Assembly (NCBI GenBank): GCA_050012235.1 | Contig: JBEKHP010000015.1 | Location: 3,007 to 67,006, forward strand | Length of the DNA: 64,000 bases | Reading direction: 5' to 3' | Source: Candidatus Acidiferrales bacterium | GTDB lineage: Bacteria > Acidobacteriota > Terriglobia > Acidiferrales > UBA7541 | Shown: in pieces, positions 39,202 through 48,051 of the stretch | Layout of the letters: every line of letters starts with the position of its first letter | How positions within the stretch are numbered: position 1 is the stretch's first letter | Notes under the pieces: model-generated | Databases searched by the model: none | The model's input: only the letters and a program-made list of their open reading frames with translations | Told to the model about the DNA's origin: nothing | Translations under genes and position numbers: made by a program

Positions 39202-40689
39202 ATGAGCAAATCGTTCGACATCAGGATCGAATCGCTTGCCGGCGTGCAGACTGCGGCGCGCGAGGGCAGGCACGGGCACTTGGGGTCTTTCGCTGCCAGC
39301 GCTCCAGAAGAAGTCTTCGAATCGCACAAAAGCGCGATAAATTCGGATGGCAGCCCTGCGTTAATCGCAATTCCCTCGGATAACAAGAAATCTTTCTACA
39401 TAGAGACTTTTGGCTGCCAGATGAATGACCACGACTCGGAGAAAGTTTCGGGAGTGCTTCTCGGGCGCGGATACCACGCGGTTGAAAATCCGATGCAAGC
39501 CGATTTGGTTCTCTACAACACGTGCAGCATACGGGAGAGAGCGGCGCAAAAAGTGTTTGCGCGGCTGGGAGACTGGAAGACAGTCGCCAACGGAAAAATA
39601 ATTGGCGTGCTGGGATGCTTGGCGCAGCAGGAGGGCGAAGAAATCTTCGAGCGCGCGCCGTGGGTGAGCCTGGTATGCGGCTCGGCAAGTTATCGAAAGC
39701 TTCCCGAGCTGCTGGCGCAACTGGAGTTGGGCGGGCGGCGCGTCACCGGGCTGGATTTGGATACGGACGAAACTTTTGAAACGGAAATTACGCGGCGGGA
39801 TAATCCGATTCGCGCGTACATCACGATTATCGAAGGCTGCGATTACTCTTGTTCGTACTGCGTGGTACCACACACGCGCGGGCCGGAACGCAGCCGGTCT
39901 AGCGAAGCGGTGATTGCAGAAGCCGTGCGCCTTGCGGATGCCGGATACACCGAGATTCAATTGCTGGGGCAAACGGTAAATTCTTATCGCGATCCTTCGG
40001 CGCGCGGATGGAGCTTTGTCGATCTGCTGCGCGGCGTGGCGGCGGTACAGGGAATTCGCCGCGTTCGATTCACCACTTCGCATCCGAATGATTTTCACCG
40101 GGAGATCGTTGAAGCCATTGATGCGACACCGGAACTCTGCGATCACGTGCATCTGCCGGTGCAATCGGGCTCAGACCGCATCCTGCGCGAGATGAGGCGC
40201 ACGTACACGCGCGAAGAGTACCTGGGGAAGATTGAATGGATTCGCGGCGCAAGACGGCCGATCAGCATCACCAGCGACATCATTGTCGGATTTCCCGGCG
40301 AGACGGAAGCGGACTTTGAAGAATCGCTGACGCTGCTGGATGCGGCGCAATACGATGCGATTTTTTCGTTTACGTATTCGCCGCGGCCGAACACTTCCGC
40401 CAAAGACATGCCGGATGCCATTCCCGAAGCTGAAAAAAGCCGGCGCCTGTCCGTTTTGAACGAGCGCCAGCGGCAGATTCAGATCGCGCGCAACGAAAAA
40501 CTGATTGGCGAGACTTTCGAAGTGCTGGTGGACGCGAGGCACGCCGCGCGCGGGCAATGGGGCGGGCGTTCAAGCTGCAATCGGCTGATAAATTTCACTA
40601 CAACGCGCGAGAATCTTCTGGGAGAATACGTTGCAGTGCGGGTGACGCGCGGCGGACCGAATAGTTTAGTTGGCGAGCAAGTTCTTTGA
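39202..40689 (+). CDS. miaB: tRNA-2-methylthio-N6-dimethylallyladenosine synthase MiaB, with a roughly 55 aa N-terminal extension
   Basis: UPF0004 domain FYIETFGCQMNDHDSE, radical-SAM CDYSCSYC, and a C-terminal TRAM domain. There is no canonical start codon close to the FYIETFGC block, and codon bias is coding-like from ATG 39202. Confidence 0.93.
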   Translation: MSKSFDIRIESLAGVQTAAREGRHGHLGSFAASAPEEVFESHKSAINSDGSPALIAIPSDNKKSFYIETFGCQMNDHDSEKVSGVLLGRGYHAVENPMQADLVLYNTCSIRERAAQKVFARLGDWKTVANGKIIGVLGCLAQQEGEEIFERAPWVSLVCGSASYRKLPELLAQLELGGRRVTGLDLDTDETFETEITRRDNPIRAYITIIEGCDYSCSYCVVPHTRGPERSRSSEAVIAEAVRLADAGYTEIQLLGQTVNSYRDPSARGWSFVDLLRGVAAVQGIRRVRFTTSHPNDFHREIVEAIDATPELCDHVHLPVQSGSDRILREMRRTYTREEYLGKIEWIRGARRPISITSDIIVGFPGETEADFEESLTLLDAAQYDAIFSFTYSPRPNTSAKDMPDAIPEAEKSRRLSVLNERQRQIQIARNEKLIGETFEVLVDARHAARGQWGGRSSCNRLINFTTTRENLLGEYVAVRVTRGGPNSLVGEQVL

Positions 40690-40705
40690 ACGACGGGAGG
40701 CCACC

Positions 40706-41191
40706 ATGGAACTCGAAGTAAAGATACGAGGGCTGATGATGGATCCCGTGACCAACATGCCGGTAGTGGTGTTGAAGGAAACCGCGGGTAACGGCGTGCT
40801 TCCGATCTGGGTGGGCATCTACGAAGCGAACGCGATTGCGCTGGAAATCGAAAAGGTGCAAACACCGCGTCCTATGACCCACGACCTGCTGAAGAATGTT
40901 CTTACCGGATTGAATGTGCACGTCCAGCGCGTGGTGGTTTGCGATTTGAAGGACGATACGTTTTACGCGCTGATTTGGATGGAGCGGGACGGCCAAACGA
41001 TGTCCATGGACTCGCGCCCCAGCGACGCACTTGCACTCGCTCTGCGCCTCGATTGCCCGATCTTCGTTGACGACGAAGTTTTGAAACACTCCAAGATAGC
41101 GAGCGCGATCTCCGAGAAAAGCTCCAGCGAGGACTTGCGCAAGTGGCTGGAGAACCTCAACGACGAAGACCTCGGCCGCTACAAGATGTAG
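40706..41191 (+). CDS. Bifunctional nuclease (BFN/DUF151) family protein
   Basis: VVVLKE...LPIWVGIYEANAIALEIEKVQTPRPMTHDLLKNVL...FYALIWMERDG...MDSRPSDALALALR is the DUF151 pattern. ATG follows GGGAGG. Confidence 0.85.
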   Translation: MELEVKIRGLMMDPVTNMPVVVLKETAGNGVLPIWVGIYEANAIALEIEKVQTPRPMTHDLLKNVLTGLNVHVQRVVVCDLKDDTFYALIWMERDGQTMSMDSRPSDALALALRLDCPIFVDDEVLKHSKIASAISEKSSSEDLRKWLENLNDEDLGRYKM

Positions 41192-41246
41192 AGGCGCGCT
41201 CGCGCGCCGCAGTCTGCTTCCGGAAAACCAGCGCAAGAAATCAATT

Positions 41247-42002
41247 TCAGAAAAACAACGCGAGTTGGTCGGGGCGATACTTCGCTATCAAACTCAACGC
41301 GATGCCGGCGAGTGAGTCTTGCATGGCATGTTGAATCATTCCCGGCCGTAGGCTCTTTCGCATCATGGCGAGAACGCCGAAAAGCGCGCCGTAGATCGTG
41401 ATGGTGATCATACCTTTGACGCCCTGATAGCCATGAGCGCCGCCGAACACGAGAGCTTGCCCAGCGATAGCCACGCCGTTGATTCCAGTCATGGCGAAAA
41501 ACTGCTTCTGCAAATAACCTCGGAAAACAAATTCCTCGCAGAACCCCGCCGAGATTGACAGCGCGACCCACAGGATCATCTCCAGGGCGCCGCGCGGCAT
41601 AATAACCAGGAGGGCTTTCTTGGCGTGGAGGTTCTGGCCTAAAGCGTGTCCCACGCTAGCCAGGAATACTATGACGACAAGCCAGAACACGAATGCGGCG
41701 CCGATATCGCGCCAGACATCTGCCGCGCGCGTCCACTTTCCGCCGATGACGTCAGCAAACTTTGTTCCACTGCCTCGCAAGCCGAGGAACCAAACGTAGG
41801 CCAAAAGAATCAACTCGAAGAAAATCCCGAAAAGATACAAAGGCACTCGAGTTTTGAGTTGCAAATTTTCTGTGTGCGCCGAGAAGCGGATCTGAATAAG
41901 GGAATAGGAGACGACGAAGAGGACCAGGACGACTGTATGCCAGACGGGCGCGAGGAGCTTTCGGTCGTCGGCAGGGGGCGTGACGCTCAGCGTGGTCGCC
42001 AT
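41247..42002 (-). CDS. CPBP-family intramembrane protease (CAAX/Abi)
   Basis: CEEFVFRGYLQKQF, FGGAHGYQG and IQHAMQDS motifs. ATG 42002 follows AAGGAG, and I prefer it to ORF-track 42194. Confidence 0.85.
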   Translation of the reverse strand: MATTLSVTPPADDRKLLAPVWHTVVLVLFVVSYSLIQIRFSAHTENLQLKTRVPLYLFGIFFELILLAYVWFLGLRGSGTKFADVIGGKWTRAADVWRDIGAAFVFWLVVIVFLASVGHALGQNLHAKKALLVIMPRGALEMILWVALSISAGFCEEFVFRGYLQKQFFAMTGINGVAIAGQALVFGGAHGYQGVKGMITITIYGALFGVLAMMRKSLRPGMIQHAMQDSLAGIALSLIAKYRPDQLALFF

Positions 42003-42223
42003 TGCACTCCTTTCCTCATTCCAAGCCAGCAGGGCAGGAGTATAGCAGCCCCGGGTTACGCAGGTCGGGGTCACTCTGACTGGAGTTGTCCACAGCCGAA
42101 GTGCATTTTTTGCTTGCGCAGGGGACAGCCAAATGAGTAGAGTTAGGCTACTTGTGGTGTAACTGGGGCTGTAGGAGGCCATATATGGGCCCACGGTTGC
42201 AGCATGGCTAGCGGGGGCAAAAT

Positions 42224-43024
42224 TTGACCTACGTCATCGCGGTCGCCAACCAAAAAGGCGGCGTCGGAAAGACTACGACGTCGATTAATCTAGCCGCCGC
42301 CATCGCGCTGAAGAAAAAGAAAACACTCCTTATTGACCTCGACCCGCAATCGAACGCTTCCATCGCGTTTTTCGAATCGTCGGACATTCAGACTTCGATG
42401 TACGACCTTTTCGCCGAGCATCCGGCCGAGATGTCCAAGATCGTAAAGCCTACGAAGGACCCTTACCTGTTTGTGGCGCCGGGGAAGCTGGCGCTGGCCA
42501 GGCTGGAGACGCAGCTCGCGGGACAGTTTGACGCGCCGTATAAGTTGAAAGATGCGCTGTCGAGCGTGCTGAAGGAGTACGAGTTCATCATTCTGGACAC
42601 GCCTCCCGCGCTGGGCATCTTGACGGTGAACGCGCTCGTTGCGTCCACGCATTTGCTGGTTCCAATCCAAGCCGCGTATTTCGCGATTGAGGGCACCGAC
42701 GATTTGCTGGAGACCTACGCGCGAATTCGTTCGCGGCCGAATCCGGATTTGAAAGTGCTGGGCGTGGTGATCACTCTCTTCGATAAGCGCACCAATATTT
42801 CGCGCGACACGCACGAGCAGATTCGCGCGGTGTTTGGTGAAGCGCTTTTCAAGACGAGGATCAGCAAGAACGTCCGGCTGGAAGAAAGCCCGGCTTACAA
42901 GGAAACTGTCTTTACCTTTGCGCCGAAGTCTTCCGGCGCGGAAGAATACAAGAAGCTTGCTCAGGAGGTAATGCAACGTGTCCAAGAGGATCGGGTTGCC
43001 CGTCACTCTCAAGATGCGGCATGA
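42224..43024 (+). CDS. parA: ParA/Soj-family partition ATPase
   Basis: Deviant Walker A VANQKGGVGKTTTSINLA, followed by LLIDLDPQSNAS and ILDTPPALG. TTG start. Confidence 0.93.
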   Translation: MTYVIAVANQKGGVGKTTTSINLAAAIALKKKKTLLIDLDPQSNASIAFFESSDIQTSMYDLFAEHPAEMSKIVKPTKDPYLFVAPGKLALARLETQLAGQFDAPYKLKDALSSVLKEYEFIILDTPPALGILTVNALVASTHLLVPIQAAYFAIEGTDDLLETYARIRSRPNPDLKVLGVVITLFDKRTNISRDTHEQIRAVFGEALFKTRISKNVRLEESPAYKETVFTFAPKSSGAEEYKKLAQEVMQRVQEDRVARHSQDAA

Positions 43025-43829
43025 CGCGCACTACGTAGAAACGCTGACCAGCTTCAGTGGCGCGTCGATCGGGCGGATGATCCCGCTCAATAAGGTTCGG
43101 CCGAATCCGGACCAGCCGCGTAAAGCGCTGGGCGATCTGCGCGAGCTGACCGATTCGATACGCGAAAAGGGCGTGCTCGAACCGCTGCTCGTGCGGTTCA
43201 TTCCGCGGGAAGATACCTATTACATTATTTCCGGCGAGCGGCGCTACCACGCTTCAAAAGCGGCCGGCCTTCACGAGCTTCCTTGCATCGAAAAGATTGC
43301 CGATGATGCGGAAACGCTGGAGATTGGACTGATCGAAAATCTTCAGCGCAAAGATCTGACTCCGTTCGAAGAAGCGGACGGCTTGCAGCGTTTGGCGACT
43401 CACTTCGACTACACGCATGACGATATTGCCAAGAAAATCGGACGGGCGCGTTCGTCGGTGACGGAGACGATGTCACTGACCGTAATTCCGGACGCGGTTC
43501 GCAAGGATTGCATCGAACGCGGAATATTTTCCAAGTCGCTGTTGCTGCAGGTGTCGCGTCAGCCGAACGAGAAGAAGATGCTGGAGATGGTCCATCGCAT
43601 CGCGCAAGGCGGCTTGACGCGCGACGAAGCGCGCAAAGCCCGCAAGGCAGAGTCCGCTTCCGATTCAAGACCGCAACCGTTCCTCTTCGACTACCGCGCG
43701 CCGGACGAATCGTTTCACGTGCGCGTACAGTTCCGCAAAAGCCATGTCGGCCGAGAAGAATTGGCCGCCGCAATTCGCTCGGTTCTGCGAGAGATCGAGT
43801 CCGGCTCCATTTCCTCCTCCGCCGCATAG
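42978..43829 (+). CDS. parB: ParB/Spo0J-family partition protein
   Basis: Box I VRPNPDQPRK, box II GERRYHASKAAG, LIENLQRKDLTPFEEA, and the HTH DDIAKKIGRARSSVTETMSL. GTG 42978 follows AGGAGG and overlaps parA by 47 nt. Confidence 0.9.
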   Translation: MSKRIGLPVTLKMRHDAHYVETLTSFSGASIGRMIPLNKVRPNPDQPRKALGDLRELTDSIREKGVLEPLLVRFIPREDTYYIISGERRYHASKAAGLHELPCIEKIADDAETLEIGLIENLQRKDLTPFEEADGLQRLATHFDYTHDDIAKKIGRARSSVTETMSLTVIPDAVRKDCIERGIFSKSLLLQVSRQPNEKKMLEMVHRIAQGGLTRDEARKARKAESASDSRPQPFLFDYRAPDESFHVRVQFRKSHVGREELAAAIRSVLREIESGSISSSAA

Positions 43830-43954
43830 GGATTTGCAATCGAATTGGCGCTCGAGAATGAGCGGGCGCGTGGACTTACAAACCCTAGTCGAACCGCGCG
43901 GTTTCTTCTCGCTTGTCTTTGCAATGCGCTGCGACTTAATCTCTTCGCTGTCTA

Positions 43955-44584
43955 ATGATGATTCCCGAACACAGCAAGCTTCTGCTTTCGGTCGATCTAG
44001 CCGGCACATTTTTGTTCGCGGTGGAAGGTGCGCTGATAGCTGTCCCCGCGAATCTCGATCTTTTGGGTGTGATGGTGCTGGCATTTTCGACCGCGCTGGT
44101 GGGAGGAATTATTCGCGACGTCTTGATCGGCGCCAGTCCTCCCGCGTCGCTTCGTGACTGGCGTTACGCGACTACAGCGTTCGCCGGCGGCGTCGTCGTC
44201 TTTTTTCTGCATCCCTACATCCGCGCGATTCCGGGTCCGGTCATCCTCACGCTGGACGCGGCGGCGTTGGCTTTGTTCGCCGTCGCGGGAACAGAGAAAG
44301 CGTTGCTCTATAAGATGCATCCGTTCATCGCTGTTTTGCTTGGCGCCGTTACGGCGGTTGGCGGCGGAACCGTGCGAGACGTCCTACTGGCGCAGATTCC
44401 CAACGTTCTTCGTTCGGACATCTATGCGACTGCGGCTCTAGCGGGAGCGCTGGTGATGGTTGCCGCGACGAAGCTGCGGTTGAATCCCACTTTGGCCGCT
44501 ATTTCAGGCGGATTAGTTTGCTTTTCGCTTCGCGTCATCAGCGTTTGGCAGCACTGGAATCTTCCCAAGGCATTCACCGGCTGA
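43955..44584 (+). CDS. Trimeric intracellular cation channel (TRIC/UPF0126, YadS-like) family membrane protein
   Basis: Duplicated glycine-rich motifs STALVGGIIRDVLIG and TAVGGGTVRDVLL within 7 TM helices. Confidence 0.85.
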   Translation: MMIPEHSKLLLSVDLAGTFLFAVEGALIAVPANLDLLGVMVLAFSTALVGGIIRDVLIGASPPASLRDWRYATTAFAGGVVVFFLHPYIRAIPGPVILTLDAAALALFAVAGTEKALLYKMHPFIAVLLGAVTAVGGGTVRDVLLAQIPNVLRSDIYATAALAGALVMVAATKLRLNPTLAAISGGLVCFSLRVISVWQHWNLPKAFTG

Positions 44585-44663
44585 AGTGGGGCACGCCACA
44601 ACTGCGTCGGCGATTTCAAGTTCGCGGCGGCAGCGGGCCCCTTAACTGTTATTCTTTCTTCCG

Positions 44664-44990
44664 ATGGACCTCACGCCGCAACAGATCTCCATACTTCAAC
44701 GAATGCAGGCGGGTGGTTTTGAGATCGTGGCGTTCCCGATGTACGCGAACTACGTCGGCGTGCGAAAAGGAAACTGCGCCGCGCTTCTCTCACCGGTCGC
44801 CGCGGAGCGTTTCCAGATTCACGGACAGCCGGCTTACCTGATCGGAGGAAATTTCAGCGTACGAGTCACGCGCGAAGGCAGCGACTGGTTCGTCTGGAAA
44901 AAAGAGAAACTCGAAGTCACCCCGGCCCGCCTCGCTGAGCTAGAGAATTTCACAGCGCAATTGTCGCAAGCGCTCCTGCCGCTTACTTAG
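44664..44990 (+). CDS. Hypothetical protein (108 aa)
   Basis: Clean ORF with normal composition (MDLTPQQISILQRMQAGGFEIVAFPMYANYVGVRKGNCAALL...). No family recognised. Confidence 0.55.
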   Translation: MDLTPQQISILQRMQAGGFEIVAFPMYANYVGVRKGNCAALLSPVAAERFQIHGQPAYLIGGNFSVRVTREGSDWFVWKKEKLEVTPARLAELENFTAQLSQALLPLT

Positions 44991-45033
44991 GTCGCGCGCG
45001 GCAGTTGAAAGTGCAGCGCGCTCAGCGCACACT

Positions 45034-46059
45034 ATGCATATGACCGATTCTTACGATGTGATATGTATCGGCGCCGGGCCAACCGGACTCGCTTGCGCCA
45101 TCGAGGCCAAGCGCGCAGGGATGCGCCCGCTGGTCATCGACAAAGGGTGCCTGTGCAACTCGCTCTTTCACTATCCCATTAACTTGCTTTTCTTCACCAC
45201 TCCGGAGCGCATGGAAATTGGCGACTTGCCCATGACGATTTCCGGCGGCAAGCCGACGCGAGGCGAGGCGCTAAAATATTATCGTCGCGCAGTCGAACAC
45301 TATGGAATCGAGGTCCGCCAATACGAGCGCGTGGAGGAGATCACCGGGCGCGACGGTGCGTTCGTCGTGCATACGCGCGATGAAGACGGTGTTGCGTTCG
45401 AATATCACGCTCGCAAAATTATTTTGGCCACCGGGTACTACGATCTGCCAAACGTGATGGGAATTCCCGGAGAAGATCTGCCGCATGTAAGTCATTATTT
45501 CAGCGAAGCGCACCCGTATTGGAACCAGGATGTTGTGGTCATCGGCGGAAGGAACTCGGCTGCGGAAGCGGCGCTCGATTTATTTCGATCAGGAGCGCGA
45601 GTTACTCTGATTCATCGCGGCGCGGAAATGGGAAAGAGCTTGAAATACTGGGTGAGACCTGACATCGAGAATCGAATTAGCGCCGGAGAGATCCGCGCAA
45701 TGTTTAGAAGCGAAGTGATGCGCATCGAGCCGGAAAAAGTCTGGGTAAAAAATGGAAATGGCGAGGTGGCCGTCCCGGCGGTTCAAGTGTTTGCCATGAC
45801 CGGCTACCATCCGGATTTCGAGTTCTTGAAAAAACAGGGCATTCGCCTGGATCGCGATTCGCTAAGGCCGGAAATTAACCCCGAAACACTGGAAAGCAAC
45901 GTCCCTGGTATCTATCTGGCCGGAGTTATTGTCGGCGGAAAACGCACCAGCGATATTTTCATTGAGAACGGCCGTTTTCACGGCCGTCAGATTATCGCCG
46001 CCATGACGGGCAAGGGAAAACTTGCCGAAAAAGCTCCAGTTTCTCCGCCTGGAGAATAA
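45034..46059 (+). CDS. ypdA: YpdA-family putative bacillithiol disulfide reductase (FAD/NADPH)
   Basis: DVICIGAGPTGLACAIEAKRAG, NSLFHYPINLLFFTTPERMEIGD, ATGYYDLPNVMGIPGEDLPHVSHYF, FAMTGYHPDFEFL and IFIENGRFHG closely follow the Bacillus YpdA pattern. Confidence 0.88.
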   Translation: MHMTDSYDVICIGAGPTGLACAIEAKRAGMRPLVIDKGCLCNSLFHYPINLLFFTTPERMEIGDLPMTISGGKPTRGEALKYYRRAVEHYGIEVRQYERVEEITGRDGAFVVHTRDEDGVAFEYHARKIILATGYYDLPNVMGIPGEDLPHVSHYFSEAHPYWNQDVVVIGGRNSAAEAALDLFRSGARVTLIHRGAEMGKSLKYWVRPDIENRISAGEIRAMFRSEVMRIEPEKVWVKNGNGEVAVPAVQVFAMTGYHPDFEFLKKQGIRLDRDSLRPEINPETLESNVPGIYLAGVIVGGKRTSDIFIENGRFHGRQIIAAMTGKGKLAEKAPVSPPGE

Positions 46060-46154
46060 ATAGAGATTCGCCGTGCCGTTCCAGGTGGCCTAAGACCCTG
46101 GCTGCCGCTGCGCAGAATTGCCTGCCTTCGGCAACTCTGTTAAAGTCAAATGCG

Positions 46155-46619
46155 ATGGCTTCGATCGTAAAGGAAATCGGCGAAACATTTTTTACCCTCT
46201 ATAAGGGCTTCAGCGTGACGTTCCGAACGATGTTCCGCAAGCCCACGACGGAATCCTATCCGGATGTGCCGGCGAGCGTCCAGCCACGCTATCGTGGAAT
46301 TCATGTTCTGCAGCGCGACGAAAGCGGCCTGGAAAAATGCGTAGGATGTTTTCTCTGTTCCGCCGCGTGTCCCGCAAATTGCATTTATATCGAGGCTGCG
46401 GAAAACACTGAAGTAAATCGCATCTCCGCTGGTGAACGCTATGCCAAAGTCTACAATATCGATTATTCGCGATGCATTTTTTGCGGCTACTGCGTGGAAG
46501 CGTGTCCTACTGACGCCATCACTCACGGTCACAATATCGAGCTGGCCCCCTACGACATTAATGCACTGATTTATCGCAAAGAGCAGCTCCTTGAACCGTG
46601 GCCCCCTCCGAAAGCCTGA
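46155..46619 (+). CDS. nuoI: NADH-quinone oxidoreductase subunit I (2x[4Fe-4S] ferredoxin), with no other nuo genes adjacent
   Basis: YPDVPASVQPRYRGIHVL, CVGCFLCSAACPANCI and CIFCGYCVEACPTDAI are NuoI signatures. Confidence 0.88.
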   Translation: MASIVKEIGETFFTLYKGFSVTFRTMFRKPTTESYPDVPASVQPRYRGIHVLQRDESGLEKCVGCFLCSAACPANCIYIEAAENTEVNRISAGERYAKVYNIDYSRCIFCGYCVEACPTDAITHGHNIELAPYDINALIYRKEQLLEPWPPPKA

Positions 46620-46780
46620 TTCGCAGTGCTAATCTCCATGTGGTATGCATCTATCGTTCTGCAGGTGACGAGCTTGACGCGCGAAAGACCGCCGCCCACG
46701 TAAGCGGAGATGAGCACGATAAAGATTTGAATCGCCGCAAGTCTCCCGACGTCGAGGTCTTATGTGTTCAGATACATGCG

Positions 46781-46856
46781 CTTAGCTCAAGACGAGGTTG
46801 AGATACGCAGCCGAAACTGAGACGCGCAGACCAGGTCGAGACGCGCGCACGAGGCT
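46781..46856. repeat. Degenerate 19-nt tandem repeat (3 clear units plus a weaker flanking unit), iteron-like
   Basis: The clear units are GAGATACGCAGCCGAAACT (46800), GAGACGCGCAGACCAGGTC (46819) and GAGACGCGCGCACGAGGCT (46838). They are preceded by cttagctcAAGACGAGGTT. Confidence 0.6.
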
Positions 46857-48051
46857 CAGACCCGATATAACTTTTCTTGCTCCGAGATTGAAAGTTCTTT
46901 TCCCTTCTAACGACAGTGGGCCTCGTCCTTTTTCACTCGGCGAGCGATCCTCGCGCTTTCGGAAATTCACGAGGGAAAACAGAAGCACCCGTTCCGACTA
47001 AAACATACCATCGAACGACCTTTGAACTGCTCGTCCACTCGCCAGAACTAAAGCGGTCCTTGACTGAATCCAAAGGTCCGTGGTGCGTTTCGGTCCCGGA
47101 ATGAATTTTGGCTAAGACCAAGTACCTGCGCGACCCCCCGCACATCAGGCATCCCAAGGCGCGAATGCCATGCAGCCGACAGAATACGACTTGCAAAGGT
47201 CAGAATGGAAATGTCGAGCAGTTAGCACACGACGTTACTCAAAATGCTTGGCTAAATGTTTTCCGTTGCGGGAACAGAGCGGCTTCGAGATTCAGTTGTG
47301 ATCTCCGGTCATCCAAACACGTTTATTCCCGCCAGTCGTTTTAAGTTCGACACTTTGCTGTCACCGTTTGGAATTCACCGTTCATCGTGAAAGTTCCCCG
47401 GCCCTCGCAAATTTGCATCACCCCGATCGTCCGCGACATGCATAGTTCGAGAATGAATATTTATGGGCGGGGGCTCGATTGGGAACGAGGAAGTCGACGA
47501 ATTGGAAACGATTTGCTCAGGCTAGTGGGGCGACGGGCGCGATGAGAGATGGGGGGTTCTATGAAGCGAGAATGGAAGTAAAAAGAAAACTCGGGATTCA
47601 GTTTGGGTGCACGTGGATCGCTGTGGAACGGTGGCGAGTAAGTCCAGCGAAAAGCGTTCCGTTACAGTCGGAATTCCGTAAGTGCGGCGTCTTGAAGCGG
47701 CGCGGCCGGAACACAGTTTGCGCGGAATGCCGGGCCCCGATCTCGCCGGGCGGCAGATACAAAGACGGTGGGTCCGGCGCGGCAGGACTATGGGCGCTTT
47801 TAACTGGACGGCGGGAAGATCACCGACCTTCGCATGTTCTCTTGGGCTAGGGCCGGGAGATAAAAACCGTGATTCGAGTTCGGCGCGCGGAGACGAAGCC
47901 GAGAAGGCGACGGAAAGCAAAAAACGCGGGTATCGCAATTGTGTGGCGTTAGCGGATGGCCAACGGGAACGCGAAATTGGTTAAAGGGAAGCGAAGCTGA
48001 CGTGTGAATGCAGATCGACGGCAGTGCCAGCAAGGACGGAGGCGAGTAGAG

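Noticed and set aside
47222-47255. CIRCE-like sequence TTAGCACAC...GCTTGGCTAA in the ORF-poor region
   Set aside because: The left arm is 8/9, but the right arm is only about 5/9 and the spacer is 15 nt rather than 9. No chaperone gene is nearby. No better CIRCE was seen upstream of hrcA or dnaJ.
47469-47499. tmRNA-like 5-prime end (GGGGGCTCGATTGGGAACGAGGAAGTCGACG resembles GGGGCUGAUUCUGGAUUCGACG)
   Set aside because: Within the next 300-450 nt there is no complementary acceptor 3-prime strand ending in CCA. There is also no T-arm (GGTTCGAnTCC-type) and no tag reading frame ending in ...ALAA followed by a stop.
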